From: Octopus vulgaris | Lineage: Eukaryota | DNA length: 64,000 nt | Direction of reading: 5' to 3' | Assembly (NCBI GenBank): GCA_951406725.2 | Contig: OX597816.1 | Coordinates: 74,710,001 to 74,774,000 of the forward strand | Shown: positions 31,751 through 45,133 of the stretch, in pieces | How the letters are laid out: each line of letters begins with the position of its first letter | How positions within the stretch are numbered: the first letter of the stretch is position 1 | Position numbers and translations under genes: made by a program | The notes under the pieces: generated by a model | Told to the model about the DNA's origin: nothing | Databases searched by the model: none | The model's input: the letters and a program-made list of their open reading frames with translations, nothing else

Positions 31751-34700
31751 TAACCACCTATGCAAATCACAAGGACCACACACCCACTACCAACAAGAAA
31801 ATCATACACACACAGCTCCATACAAGAACTACCCACATTGTTACCACTGAACAACATAAAACATAACTTAGAACAATGCAAACATCAAACTTCCCTTATC
31901 TCGACATTCCTGTTAAATGAACGTGGCATCAACCCATCAATTATTGTCCAAAAATGGAAGATCCCATATATAGAGAGTTGGCTTGCCGAAACAGCACATT
32001 GCTTCCCTTTCTTTATCCTTACCGAGACTCACCTGAACAACACCCATATGGACGCCGAGGTGAAAATAAAGATTTCACCATCGTTCGTGCGGATCGCACA
32101 GACCGAAATAAGGGAGGGACAGCCATCTTTATCCATGACTCCTTTTCACTTGATGCCAAGGACATATTTACCAATGGCTATTGTGAATCTGTATCACTAT
32201 TCAGCAAGGCCAAGGACATAATCATTGTTGCTCTTTACAGGTCTCCCCAAGCACCTCTAAAGTGCTTTGAAGAGTGCCTTAGCAAAGTCAAGTCCTTCCT
32301 TCGGAAGTACAACTCCGGAAACATACTAGTGATGGGTGATTTTAACCTCCCTCATGTGAACTGGCCTACAAATACTCTGAAGTTAGGCAAATTCTCTACA
32401 TCAGATAGAGCAGCAGCAGAACTGCTCTTTAATCTGATGGATGAATACTTCCTGACTCAGCTAGTGCTCGAACCAACGAGACAGAATAAAACGATCTTGG
32501 ATCTGGTATTGACCAATCACTCTAGCTTCGTTCACAGCATTTCAGTTGAAAAAAACTCTCCTCTCAGACCACGACATGGTACTCTGCAATTTTAATTCCC
32601 GACATATAAAAACCAAACCAGCCAATCCCACTCCACGGCACTCATTTGACAACATAAACTTCCACAAAGCGGACTGGGGAGCAATCAGAAAGGATCTGTC
32701 TTTCATCGGCTGGTCTTTTACTCTCAATTCCACCCATATTGAGACCGCATGGCAGCACTTTGAAAACATTGTCACCTATACATGCTCTAAACACGCTCCC
32801 ACGAAATCTACTAACACAAACAGAAACCGGCTCCCTAAAAAGAAAAAAATAACACTCATCAGGCGCATCTAAAGACTCAACAAAAAAATCAACCAATTAA
32901 AATATTCCCACACACAACATCCACATTCAACAACAATGAAAAGGCTAGAGCTGGAAAAACTTCATCTGCAGACCGACATGAAAACCTCCATTGAAAATCA
33001 AAGAGCTGTGGAGGAACAGTGGGTAGTCAAAAACATCAAACAGAACCCAAAAGTGTTCTATTCTTATGCAAATAAGCATAGAACCACTGTCTCACCCATT
33101 GGGCCATTGATTGATGATAACGGCATTCTCCAACACGATGCTAAAGAAATGGCAGAAATACTGCAGAAACAATACTGCTCTGTCTTCAGTGTTCCCACTG
33201 ATATTGACGTAAGAGAAGCGAACGAAGTTGACTCCCAACATAAAATCTCAGACATAACCTTCACTGCCACTGACATCATAGCAGCAATAAATGAGGTCAA
33301 ATACTACTCTACTGTAGGCCCTGATAGATACCCCGCTAGTATCCTGAAGGAATGTAGACACCAACTTGCAGTCCCTCTGACCAACCTCTGGAGAAATTCG
33401 TTTGACGCAGGTTATATACCGAAACAGTTTCTATCCCAGTCAGTCGTCCCGGTTTTCAAACAGGGAAACATATCCCTCGCAGTCAACTATCGCCCAATCT
33501 CACTCACCTCCCACATCATTAAAGTGTTTGAAAGAGTGTTAAGATCAAGGATAGCTGACTTCCTGGAGACCCACAAACTCCTAAATGCAAATCAGCATGG
33601 CTTTCGCTGTGGCAGGGACTGTCTAACACAGCTCTTACACGACATTGAAGATGTACTCAAAGCCTTGGGAACAGGTTCGAACTCTGATGTCATATATCTT
33701 GACTTCAGTAAAGCGTTCGACAGGGTAGACCATAATATCCTACTCTCAAAATTGGCAAATGTTGGAATCTGTGGAAAAGTTCTACACTGGATTAAGTATT
33801 TCCTGGTGAATAGAACACAACATGTTGTAGTTGATGGAGTCCACTCAAGCCCCGCAAAAGTCACCAGCGGTGTCCCCCAGGGGACTGTCTTGGGTCCGCT
33901 ACTCTTCATAATTTACATAAACGACCTTTCCAGTGTCGTACATTACTGCAAAGTGAAAATATTTGCTGAAGGCACTAAGCTCCAGCAAATCGTCAATGAA
34001 GAAGCAGACCGAACTCAACTCCAGTCTGATCTATATGCTGTGAGTCAATGGGCAGACAGAAACAAAATGCAACTGAACGAGGGAAAATTTGAGCTGATGC
34101 ATTTTGGAAGAAATTCCTCACTAAAACAGCCATACTCTTTTCCTTCAGGGGAACCGCTCACAGCCTCTAACAATATCAGAGACCTGGGTGTAATTGTTGA
34201 CCACGATCTCAGTTGGAGTGCACACATCAACAAGAAGGTCGATATAGCTCGTAGGATGAGTTCCTGGATCTTAAGAACTTTCCGGTCCAGAGAACAAGGT
34301 GTCATCATACCACTTTTCTCCTCCTTTGTACGGCCACACCTCGAATACTGCTGCCCACTGTGGTCTCCCCATACAAGACAAAACATCTCGAGGATTGAAT
34401 CACCCCAGAGGGCACTCACTAAACGAATTGAAGGCATGGCTGCTCTCGATTACTGGGATCGCCTTAAAGCCTTGAAACTTTACTCCCTCCAGCGTCGCCG
34501 TGAGCGGTACAACATTTGTACGATGTGGAGAATATACCGCCAACTTTGCCCAAACGACCTGAACATTAGCTTCAAGGTTCATCCAAGACTGGGACCACGG
34601 GCCATACGTACCCTGCCCAATTCAAGATCACAGCATACATGTACACTGCAACATAATTTCTTTTCCTCAACAGGCCCTGCCATATTTAACATTGTCCCGA

Positions 34701-34946
34701 AAGAGATCAAAGAGGAAAAGGATCCCATCAACTTTAAACGGAGTCTGGATAGATTCCTTCAAAGAATACCAGATAAGCCACCCATAATTGGATACAACTC
34801 ACCCAACAAAAACTCACTATTTGAATGGACCATAAACAAAACTTGACTTAAACAGGATTCAAATAATCCTATCAGGTGGTGCTATTAAGTTAGACATGGC
34901 CTGGACCAATCTTTGGTCGAAACATATCTAAGTTTATCTAAGTTTA
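31751..34946 (+). mobile_element. 5'-truncated CR1-group LINE with almost complete ORF2 (APE + RT)
   Basis: APE motifs LTETHL, RADR...GGTAIF, LYRSP, MGDFNLP, EPTRQNKTILDLVL, SDH; RT ORF 32936-34846 with YRPISLTS, QHGFR, YLDFSKAFDRV, SGVPQGTVLGPLLF, PHLEYC..LWSPH. Catalytic FADD reads FAEG; frameshifts near 32070 and 32550, stop at ~32870; tail (atctaagttt)2; (TA)n flanks. Confidence 0.95.
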
Positions 34947-35240
34947 TATATATATATATATATACATAAATTAAATTAGAGATAAAAACCACTATTATGT
35001 ATTTCATTATTACTCTTTACTCTTTTTACTCTTTTATTTGTTTCAGTCATTTTGACTGCGGCCATGCTGGAGCACCGCCTTTAATCGAACAACTCGACCC
35101 CGGGACTTATTCTTTTGTAAGCCTAGTACTTATTCTATCGGTCTCTTTTGCCGAACTGCTAAGTAACGGGGACATAAACACACCAACATCGGTTGTCAAG
35201 CAATGATAGGGGGACAAACACAGACACACAAACACACACA

Positions 35241-35304
<64 letters not shown>

Positions 35305-36101
35305 TACGAAGGGCTTCTTTCAGTTTCCGTCTACCAAATCCACTCACAAGGATTTGGTCGGCCTGAGGTTATAGTAGAAAACACTTGCCCAAGGTGCCAC
35401 GCAGTGGACTGAACCCGGAGCCATATGGTTGGTAAACAAGCTACTTACCACACACCCACTCCTGCGCCTATTAGATTATAACTATACGTTTTTTGTAAGT
35501 TTTTACTTAGCCACTATTGTTAAATAGTTATACGTTTTTGGGGGTTTTTTTTAAGATGGGTTATACGTTTATAATTTGTTTTTCATCTTTAATTTTTTAA
35601 TATTTTTCATAAATATATTACATTAATGTTTAATATTCACGTAAGTAATAATGGAATAATTAATTTATTTAGTTTTCATTATACGTCTATATATTTATTG
35701 ATAGAGAAAATTTTAGATCTTAATTATTATATTTATTCATAATAATTCAATTATTATTCTTAAATATTTTATAATTATTAGATTTGAACTTAATTTAAAA
35801 ATATGAATAGTGATTATTTAGTTAAATAATTTGGTAATTAGATATTAACTATAACTGAGATTAGGATATTCGTGAGTTTATTATGATTTTTAAAGCCATA
35901 TTATATCCTAATAGATAAATACATTTTCTATCTATTTTTACCTCAAAAATTAATATTTAACATTATAATTGGGTTGTATGACATAATCCTAATCGTTAAA
36001 GTTTCTAATTTGATAATAGAGTTTTTTATAAGAAAAATTATTATTTTATTTATTTCTTAAAAAATTTTGTTTAAATATATTTGCTTATTTATTTAACTAT
36101 T

Positions 36102-36217
36102 ATCATTAACCTGAAGATTGACTATATTTATAATTCGAATTTTTAATTGAATTTTTAATTCAATTTAAATTAATTGTAATTCGAATTGGGTTATGGCCAT
36201 GAAACGTATGTAGTGGT
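36102..36217 (+). ncRNA. Candidate type I hammerhead with intact core and long stem II
   Basis: atcattaac-CTGAAGA-[tgactata...taattcgaatt...aattcgaattg...tatggcca]t-GAAA-CGTA-tgtagtggt; stem I imperfect next to the core. Confidence 0.5.
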
Positions 36218-36564
36218 TTTACTTATTATTTTATATTAAACTTTTTAATACTTTTTGATAGTTAAAAAAAAATTAATAAATTAAAAAATTAAAAAATTAA
36301 AAGTTTAAAAATTTTTTTTAAAATATTAAAAAATATAATAATTTATAAATATAAATTAAAAATTTTAAATTCAAATAATTTAAATTTTAAATTTTACATT
36401 TTATATATTTTGTATATTATATCAATTATATTTATTTTTATGTTTTGGTTTATGTTTTTCACTGTTTGATTTGCCTAATAGTGGTTTTATCTCTAATTTA
36501 ATACTGTGAAATTTGATTTAATCCTAAATCTAATATTTCCCTGTAAGTTTGGGTTTACTCCTAA

Positions 36565-36648
<84 letters not shown>

Positions 36649-36655
36649 CTTCCCG

Positions 36656-36696
<41 letters not shown>

Positions 36697-36699
<3 letters not shown>

Positions 36700-37450
36700 T
36701 CTTTTACTTGATTCAGTCATTTGACTGTGGTCATGCTGGAGCATCGCCTTTAGTCGAGCAAATCGATCCCAGGACTTATTCTTTGTAAGCCTAGTACTAA
36801 TTCTATTGGTCACTTTTGCCGAACCGCTAAGTTACATAAACACACCACTATCGGTTGTCAAGCGATATTGGGGGGGGGGGGACAAACACAAACACATAAA
36901 CACACACACACACATATTTATACATATATATGACGAGCCTCTTTCAGTTTCCGTCTACCAAATCCACTCACAAGGCTTTGGTCGGCACGAGGTTATAGTA
37001 GAAGACACCTGCCCAAGGTGTCACGCAGTGGGAATGAACCCGGAACCATGTGGTTGGTATGCAAGCTGCTTACCACAATCTCAGGTGCAGGAGTGGCTGT
37101 GTGGTAAGAAGCTTGCTTACCAACCACATGTCTCCATGTTCAGTTCTACTGTGCAAGTGTCTTCTACTATAACTTCGGGCCAACCAAAGCCGTGTGAGTC
37201 GATTTCGTAGGCGGAAACTGAAGGAAGCCTGTCGTATATACTTGTGTGTCTTTTTCACCCCCACCCCCACCACCACCAGCACCACCACCACCACCACCAT
37301 CGTTTGACAACCAATGTTAGCACGTTTACGTTCCCGTAACTTAGTTCGGCAATAGAGGCCGATTGAATAAGTCCTGCGGTAGATTCGTTCGACTAAAGGC
37401 GGTGCCCCAACATGGCCGCAGTCAAATGACAGAAAGAAGTTAAAGAATAA
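36697..37450. mobile_element. Head-to-head pair of family A SINEs
   Basis: Minus copy 36697-37076 and plus copy 37083-37450 separated by only a few bases. Confidence 0.85.
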
Positions 37451-37612
37451 ACGAATACACGCATATACATATTCACACATACATACATAATAAATATATA
37501 TATATATACATACGCATTGAACATATATATACATAAAAATATGTATGTGTACACACGCACATGTACGCACACACACGCACGTACGCACAGCTACGATTCT
37601 AAATATATATAC

Positions 37613-37664
<52 letters not shown>

Positions 37665-37713
37665 GTATATATATATACATATATATGTATGTGTGTATAT
37701 ATATATACATATA

Positions 37714-37925
<212 letters not shown>

Positions 37926-38209
37926 TGTATGTATGGAGACAGAGACAATGAGTGAGAGAGAGAGATGGGGGGGTATTTCTTATATCTTAATGTCTTAACT
38001 GAAAGAATATGGTTCAGCTTAAAATACCTTCAGGAAAACTATATCTAGTTTTGTTGAAGTACTTCACAAACATTGAGATTTTCTTTCAACACAAGTTATT
38101 TGTTTAGGATTGTACTTCCTGTCTTAATGTAACTTCTATTTTCTGATCATGACTTTGTGTGATAGAGTTATCTTATTTGTTTTGGTTTCCCCTCTTCTCG
38201 CCCCTTCTT

Positions 38210-38312
<103 letters not shown>

Positions 38313-39033
38313 ATTTATTTATCTATCTCTATCTATCTCACTTTCCTCTATTTCTCTCTGATAGTTTTATGGCACGAAGTAGATGTGTAACTTGCTCTAA
38401 TTTCTAACTAAGCATTAACTTCAGAATGACGCTTCTTGAAAAAAGTAAAGCTACATTCGAGAAATAGTTTTCAGAGGAATTGTTTGATAAGATAAGAAAA
38501 CAACGATCGAAGAATGCCAGGAAAGGCACTAGGAGAATGTAGAACGGAAATAATAGAAAATTGTATATAGAAAAAATTACTAAAGCATACAATGTCAGAT
38601 TCTGTTGACTTTTGTGAGATGTTCATCATTTCGAAATGTCAGAAAATGTGCACTCAATGAAAGAGCTTTTAGGTGGTCCCTTGAACTGTTAGAAATAACA
38701 GTCAAATATCCATCAAATCGTACTCTACTATGTTTGAAAGAGAAAGGACACTTTAGTTAATTTCTTTCTGTATGATCCAAAAATATAAAGTGATCATTTT
38801 AGGTGATCGTAGGTCTGATAAATCAGAACTATTATATTCGAGATGTTAGAAATAGCCATCAAATATCGCTTAAAATTGCACCTTGCTGCCATGAATATAA
38901 AAAAAATATACTTTGACTATGTAGTCTTTGGTGTGCTCCTAAAAGGACGAGGGCGACACGGTTGGAATACATTTTACATACATGCGCTCGATCAGAGTCA
39001 ATACCAACAGATAGACAAGGTACTAAGCAAGAA

Positions 39034-39255
39034 TACTGAATTGCTGAAAAGGTCTTGGCTCTAATGGTATCGCGATAGGCCTGGTTCGTGGTTCAACCTT
39101 CTTTTACCGGGCTTTTACCGGGCTTAGAAAAACTGAGGGACCGCTGCAATAAGTGTATGAATCCGAAAGGCGAATATGTTGAATGAAATCATAATTAACT
39201 AATCCCCTTTTATTTTATTTTACTCAAAGTCAGGAACTTTTCAGTGCCCCCCGTA
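39034..39255 (+). mobile_element. Internally deleted mariner (MITE-like) with adjacent inverted duplication of its left end (39304-39420)
   Basis: GLEKLRDRCNKCMNPKGEYVE* C-terminus, right TIR gaacttttcagtgccccccgTA; 39015-39133 is repeated inverted at 39304-39420. Confidence 0.75.
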
Positions 39256-40298
39256 CATGCTCGACAAGAGAATGTTTTTGTGTATTCCATAGTTTGTCTA
39301 TCTGTTTTTCTAAGCCCGGTAAAAGAACTCGGAAGGTTGAACCACGAACCAGGCCTATCGCGATACCATTAGAGCCAAGACCTTTTCAGCAACCCCTCGT
39401 ATTGCTGCTTAGTACCTTGTGAGCCCTCATCGAGCAGACTTCTGGTTAACGTAATTCTAACCGTGAACATCCCATTTTATCTCATATTACATTATCCAGC
39501 GTATCCTTCTATCATTTTTAGAGATTTAAGGGAGATTCGGTTGCTAATTTTAACATATTAAGCAGCAACTACGTTGTCTCCTTCGCCAGCTCGTTGTGAA
39601 TAGGACAAGAATGGTGGCGGTCGTTATCTAAAACAAATCCCTTCATCTACTTTATATGGTCTTGCCAGAAGGAGAAGGGCAATATCAACATCCTTACTAC
39701 AAGGACTTCGAGATTGGGGGAATGATTGGAATTTGGTAAAAGACCACATTTCGTGTGATATGTTTTATCAGAAAATTTTATTCGAATGCTTGATCAACGT
39801 GGACTTTAATAAAGACACTCAAAAGCTAGATGATGGTGTTAAACTGGGAGACGGATTAACCCTACTACTAATGAAACTTACTCAAAACCAACATATCCAA
39901 CAATATAAAAATCGTTAAACTTTTTGTGTCACACTATTGTTCTTTCTGAGGGTTAAACTGCCACCAACACTGTTTTAGAGGAATATAATGTAGTCTGAGA
40001 TGACGTGGGATGGTTGCAGATAGAATGCCTTTGTTCTACTCGATCAGAATTCATTTGAGGTTAAACAATACATGTTGTCCTGAAAGGGAATAGTCAGTAT
40101 ATTGCTATTTAACTCCACATCAACTCCGTTCAAACAAACCTATAATCAAAGACATCTCAGCTATGGCCATAAGGTGTTTTAGGAGTATATCTTGGGCTAC
40201 AGTATCCAATGGGTCATTTCTTTATTTAAGACATAATTAAACAGTAAAGTTTGAAGGGAGTTGTCAAACACTGAGGGACAAGTAGAAAAACGACACAT

Positions 40299-40533
40299 AC
40301 ACGCAGCGAGAAAGGACGGGAGGAAAAAAGTAAAAGAAAATAGCGAATGAGAAAAAAGAAAAAAGAAATATTTATTAAATGTAAATATCTCGACAAATTC
40401 CTCTTATTGAAGAATTAACTACACACAGCGAGAAAGAACGAGAGGGAAAAAATAAAAGAAAAAGGGGAATGAGGAAAAAGAAAAAAGAGACATTCATTAA
40501 ATGTAAGCATGTGGACAAATTCCTCTTATTGAA
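40299..40533. repeat. Diverged tandem duplication (~120 bp x2)
   Basis: acac.cagcgagaaag.acg.gag...attaaatgtaa...gacaaattcctcttattgaa occurs twice. Confidence 0.75.
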
Positions 40534-40797
40534 CTGGAAAATACAACCCTCTCTGGATTAAGCATCCACTCTCACAAACTTCCTTTACATTCCTCGTTGA
40601 ATTAATTACACCAACCATATTTTTTCCGATTCTAACGAGTGAAAGGGATGCAACTCTTATTTCCTTTACCATGTTCTTTTACCGTGTTTCTTTTCCATTT
40701 TTCTCATTCTACTTTTTTTGTTTTACTTGTTGCCTCTCGTTCTTTGTCACTTATTTCTCAAAAACCAACTATGTTGTATTTTGAGTGTAAATAGTCG

Positions 40798-40872
<75 letters not shown>

Positions 40873-40923
40873 GATGTACTCGCATAGCAAGTGATTTGAT
40901 CTGAGATCGTGTGCTGGAACGAA

Positions 40924-41083
40924 AACAATTGCAGCGTGGAAGGTGTTTGTAAGCCATTTAAGAAACACACAAAAGCCGTTCACTGACAAAAATCCGTGCT
41001 GCATCTCTTAAATGTTGAAGTGAATCGAACGGCTTTTGTGTGTTTCTTAAATGGCTTACAAACACCTTCCACGCTGCAATTGT

Positions 41084-41084
<1 letters not shown>
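40924..41084. repeat. Perfect 58-bp inverted repeat with 45-nt spacer, in a (TA)n-flanked element
   Basis: 40924-40981 is the exact reverse complement of 41027-41084. Confidence 0.92.
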
Positions 41085-41139
<55 letters not shown>

Positions 41140-41353
41140 TGTGTGTGACAGGCTTCTTCCAGTTTCCGTCTACCAAATCCTCTCACAAGGCTTTGGCCCA
41201 GGGTTATAGTAGAAGACACTTGCCCGAGATGCTGCGTAATAGGACTGAACCGAAGTAAGCTTTATAACAACACAGCCATCTCTGCGTCAGATATAGATAT
41301 AAGAATGGATTTTATATTTAATGAGAAACTTCAAAAGTATTGATTTTACTTAC

Positions 41354-41497
41354 GTTTAACGCACTTGGTCTTTCGATTTGTCGCTATATGCCCAGGAAGA
41401 CAACGGCATTTGTTAGCAACACATTCAGAATTCTGGATAAAATCAGTACAGCGACAACACGTTTTGTGTTGCTGACACGGACTGTCGACACGTTTGG
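41354..41497 (-). CDS. Internal coding exon (144 bp, phase 1-1), EB-module-like cysteine-rich domain
   Basis: aatttatttcag|CC AAA CGT...GTT AAA C|gtaagt; KRVDSPCQQHKTCCRCTDFIQNSECVANKCRCLPGHIATNRKTKCVK. The NSEC...CxCxxG...C pattern is typical of EB modules; same strand and phase as the two LDLa exons. Confidence 0.85.
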
Positions 41498-43574
41498 CTG
41501 AAATAAATTACAATGTAATTAATCAGAGAATCTTAACTAGTTTATTGGAATTGTACTTACTTATCTGGCAAGTGACTTGATCTGAGGCTGTGTTGAAATT
41601 TCAATTTTTACACTTTAGAAGCGCTATGGACTATTATACATTTATCCTCGTTCATCGCGGATTCATTTATCAACGATTCTGAAAAATGCAGTATGCCCAT
41701 TGCGAACAGTGTTACGCTTATCACGAATTGATTCTTCATAACTGAATCGACGATCAGTCAAAGATTGAGCTTGGAGCGCAAAATTGCACCTCAGCGACCA
41801 TCCACAAGTCTCAGTGCTACATGGGGTCTCGAAACGAAACCTGTTTTCTCCTATGGACGATTTTTTATTCCTCACTGATTCATTAAACACGGTGTTCTTT
41901 TAACCAAAGGCCCGTGATAAACGAGGGTAGATGTATTAACTTTTACAATTATTTCATGAAGAGTCAAAATTTTCGTCGCACACTGCGTCCGAATTACCGA
42001 GATACTTCCAGTGCAATTATCTAAAACTTAGTTTCCGACGAATTATTACAAACATCAAATTATCCTCTTAATGAATTTAGTGTAACTCTAGTTATTCAAT
42101 TTCAGACAGATGCAGTAGAAGTATGTCAGTGTCTATGTTGTAGTGTGCGGCAATAAAGATAGTTCCTAGCGAGTTCTTAGCTCAAATATTTTCTCTTTAT
42201 TAAATTTACTGTAACTCCAGCAACTAAATTCTAGACAGCTGCAGTGGAATTGTGTTAGTAACCAGGCTGCTTTGCTGAAGTGAAAAATTTGACTCTTCGC
42301 GAAATAGATGAGAAATCCATTTAACAGTTTTCTCTGTGTTTCGAGTAACTACGATAAATCTTAAAGATGTGATTGCTTTACTATCAAACTAGAATATTTT
42401 ATAATGCATGTGCCACTAATAAAGACAGTTGACATCATAGAATATTGATTTGTAATATAGACAAAGTCAAATTTCATAGCAGGGAGTAGTTGGTTACATT
42501 GATTCCAGTAGCCGACTGGTAATTTTATCGACTTCTGAGGTTGAAAGGTAAAGCTGATGTCGATGAGATTTGAACTTAGGATGCAAAGAACTGTAACTAA
42601 ATACTGCATAGAATTTTGTCTAACACTCATTTCTACCAATCAACGCCTAAGGACATTAAATCTGTGATTCTCAAATACTTAACCCAATTCCATCTCCAGA
42701 AAACTTAAGGAAATTCTGTCCTTTTTCTTCGTCTTAATTAATAGTTGTTGCTTTTTTTCTTTTTATTTTGACACAGAGTCATCAATTTTGAGAAGAGAAA
42801 ATGAGTCGATACCATCGATATCAGTACTTGACCGGTACTCTATCTTATCGACCCCGGAGGGATGAAAAGCAGCTAAACTCCATGGAATTTGAGTGCCGGA
42901 AGGCGTTTGTTCCAACACTGCAGCAGTTCTGTCATCTTAATAAATGTTTCTAATTTAGAACCAAACAAGCAATTTTGAGGAAAGGGGTAGTCGATAATAT
43001 CGACCCCTGTACTTGACTGGTTATTTTATCGACCCTGAAAGAAGGAAAGACAAAACAGAACTCAGCTCGTAATAAGTTAAAATGAATGCTGCAAAGGATT
43101 TTTCCGATGCTGTAATTACTCCATCAGCTCGCCGCCATCTTTTTCTTAATCATTAAGACAAAATTCGCATTTTCATAATTCCTCTCTCTTCGCAACAATG
43201 TTTGGAAGTTCGAAAGGGATAAAATCGTCTTAATTTTATTAAACCTGCTAATTTGTGCGTTCTCTTTAATCTTCATAAGCCCACTTTTCAAGAGAAACCT
43301 TGCATTAAATCACATTGATTTCAAGCTTCAAACTTGGTAGATAGTGTATAGCCGATTGTATAGACACCAAGGTGATTTCATCAGAACTTCACCCCAGAAA
43401 CAACCCCAGCACTTAGTGAACTTTATTTTCGCGACTTTCTGAAGATAAAGGGCAAACTTGATTTTATTGGGAAGTGAACACAGAACATAAAGAGTCGTAC
43501 ATAGATTCTGGAACATGGCATTTTTCCAACGAACTATTATTTCTGTCATTTATCACCTCCTTAAACAATATTCC

Positions 43575-43800
43575 TTCCATTCATCCATTTTCGTCATCCA
43601 CTATTTCTGGAAGGTCGCTGGAGTAGAGTCCCCAAGCACCTCCTCCATAGGGTCCTATCATTACACTTTCCGGTTGGATTCTCAAGTGTGACCAACTGGC
43701 ATTATAAATATTATCCAGCCATCTCGTTATTATTCTATCCGTAGGTCTTCTGCTGGTTGGCTCGGCTTGAAATTCTTTCCTGTGATATTTTAACTACAAG
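43575..43800 (-). mobile_element. RTE-like LINE extreme 3' fragment (second copy ~51043-51250)
   Basis: Two related copies; minus-strand WSHLRIQPE.. segment and short (ATGG)-type tail. Confidence 0.5.
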
Positions 43801-44216
43801 TCCGTTATACTGTAGTTGCGACCTCTCAATGCGGAGAAATAGGTGTCCTTGATTAAGGTGATTCGTTTCACGTTGCTTCACTCCACGTGACTGAAAATTA
43901 GTACCACTGGCACCGGGAGTATTAACTAACCCTGCATCACGGACTGGAGACCCGTTTAGCAAGAAATCTTGTATTCTTAGTTGCTTCAATGCCATGGAAA
44001 CCAGAAAAAAGTTAACGGCTTTAAAAACCTAATGGGTGTATAGGTTAACATACAGTATTCAATAAGTTAATTAACACTTACCAGACGTAAGGAGTTGCAC
44101 GTAAATAAACACAAAACGTTTTGGTTCATAGCTTTATCAATTAAGTAATACTTGATAACATTCCCATTTTATTTCAGTTAATATAAACAGAAAAGTTATA
44201 AAAAAGGGATGCTTAC

Positions 44217-44321
44217 CTTCATCACTCTTGTCCTTGCAGTCGTCTGCTTGGTCGTTCACCCAGTTTAAAGGGATGCAATTTCCATTTTTACAGCTGAATT
44301 TATTGACACATGGAGAGTCGA
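44217..44321 (-). CDS. Internal coding exon (105 bp, phase 1-1), LDL-receptor class A module, 4-Cys variant
   Basis: ttttttcattatag|TC GAC TCT CCA TGT...GAT GAA G|gtaagc; DSPCVNKFSCKNGNCIPLNWVNDQADDCKDKSDE (inside ORF 44137..44535). Confidence 0.92.
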
Positions 44322-44624
44322 CTATAATGAAAAAATAATATTTCCTTATAAGAGAATTTGGTACAATGACTTCAAGCTTAACTGTGTGTGTGTGTGCGTG
44401 CGTGTGTGAGAGAGAAATATGCACATCCACATGCTCTTTCACGTATGTTTGTGCGTTTTTTGGTACGCATTCACATGTTCTTTCGTGTGTGCGTGTGTGC
44501 ACAGGGAGGTGTGCGTGTGTATGCGTGCGGTGCATTTTGTTGGCGTTGTTATTGTTCAGCCACGCGGTAGCTTCAATCGAGCAAGCAAGACTTTCAAGGC
44601 GTAACCATCCTGTTTACATTAATG

Positions 44625-44650
<26 letters not shown>

Positions 44651-44664
<14 letters not shown>

Positions 44665-44801
44665 CGGTCGGATAGGTACAGTATATATATATATAATATA
44701 TAGGTACAATATATATATATAATACGGTCGGATAGGTACAGTATATATATATATAATATATAGGTACAATATATATATATAATACGGTCGGATAGGTACA
44801 A
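44651..44801. repeat. 60-bp minisatellite, ~2.5 copies
   Basis: aatacggtcggataggtaca at 44661, 44721, 44781. Confidence 0.9.
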
Positions 44802-44924
44802 TATGGCTAAATGGTTGAGAGGTTCGCTTCAGGTTCGATACCACTGTATATATCATTTTCTATAGCCTCAAGTCGACTCGTGCTTTGAGTGAAAATGGGT
44901 AAACAGAAACTGCAGAGAAAGCAG

Positions 44925-45133
44925 CGGCGAGCTGGCAGAAACGCTTAGCGGTATTTCGTTTGCCGTTACGTTCTGAGTTCAAATTCCGCCGAGGTCGACT
45001 TTGTCTTTCATCCTTTCGGGGTCGATTAAATAAGTACCAGTGACGCAATGGGGTCGATATAATCGACTTAATCCGTTTGTCTGTCCTTGATTGTCCCTTC
45101 TGTGTTTAGCCCTATGTGGGTAGTAAAGAAATA
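44925..45133 (+). mobile_element. SINE family C, near full length, with ~20-bp TSD
   Basis: agaaa(c/t)tgcagagaaagcag at 44905-44924 and 45134-45153; A-box-like tggcagaaacg, B box gagttcaaattcc. Confidence 0.85.

Noticed and set aside
44651-44801. Regularly spaced 20-bp repeat resembling a CRISPR array
   Set aside because: Spacers are identical and TA-derived; eukaryotic context; no cas genes. It is a minisatellite.
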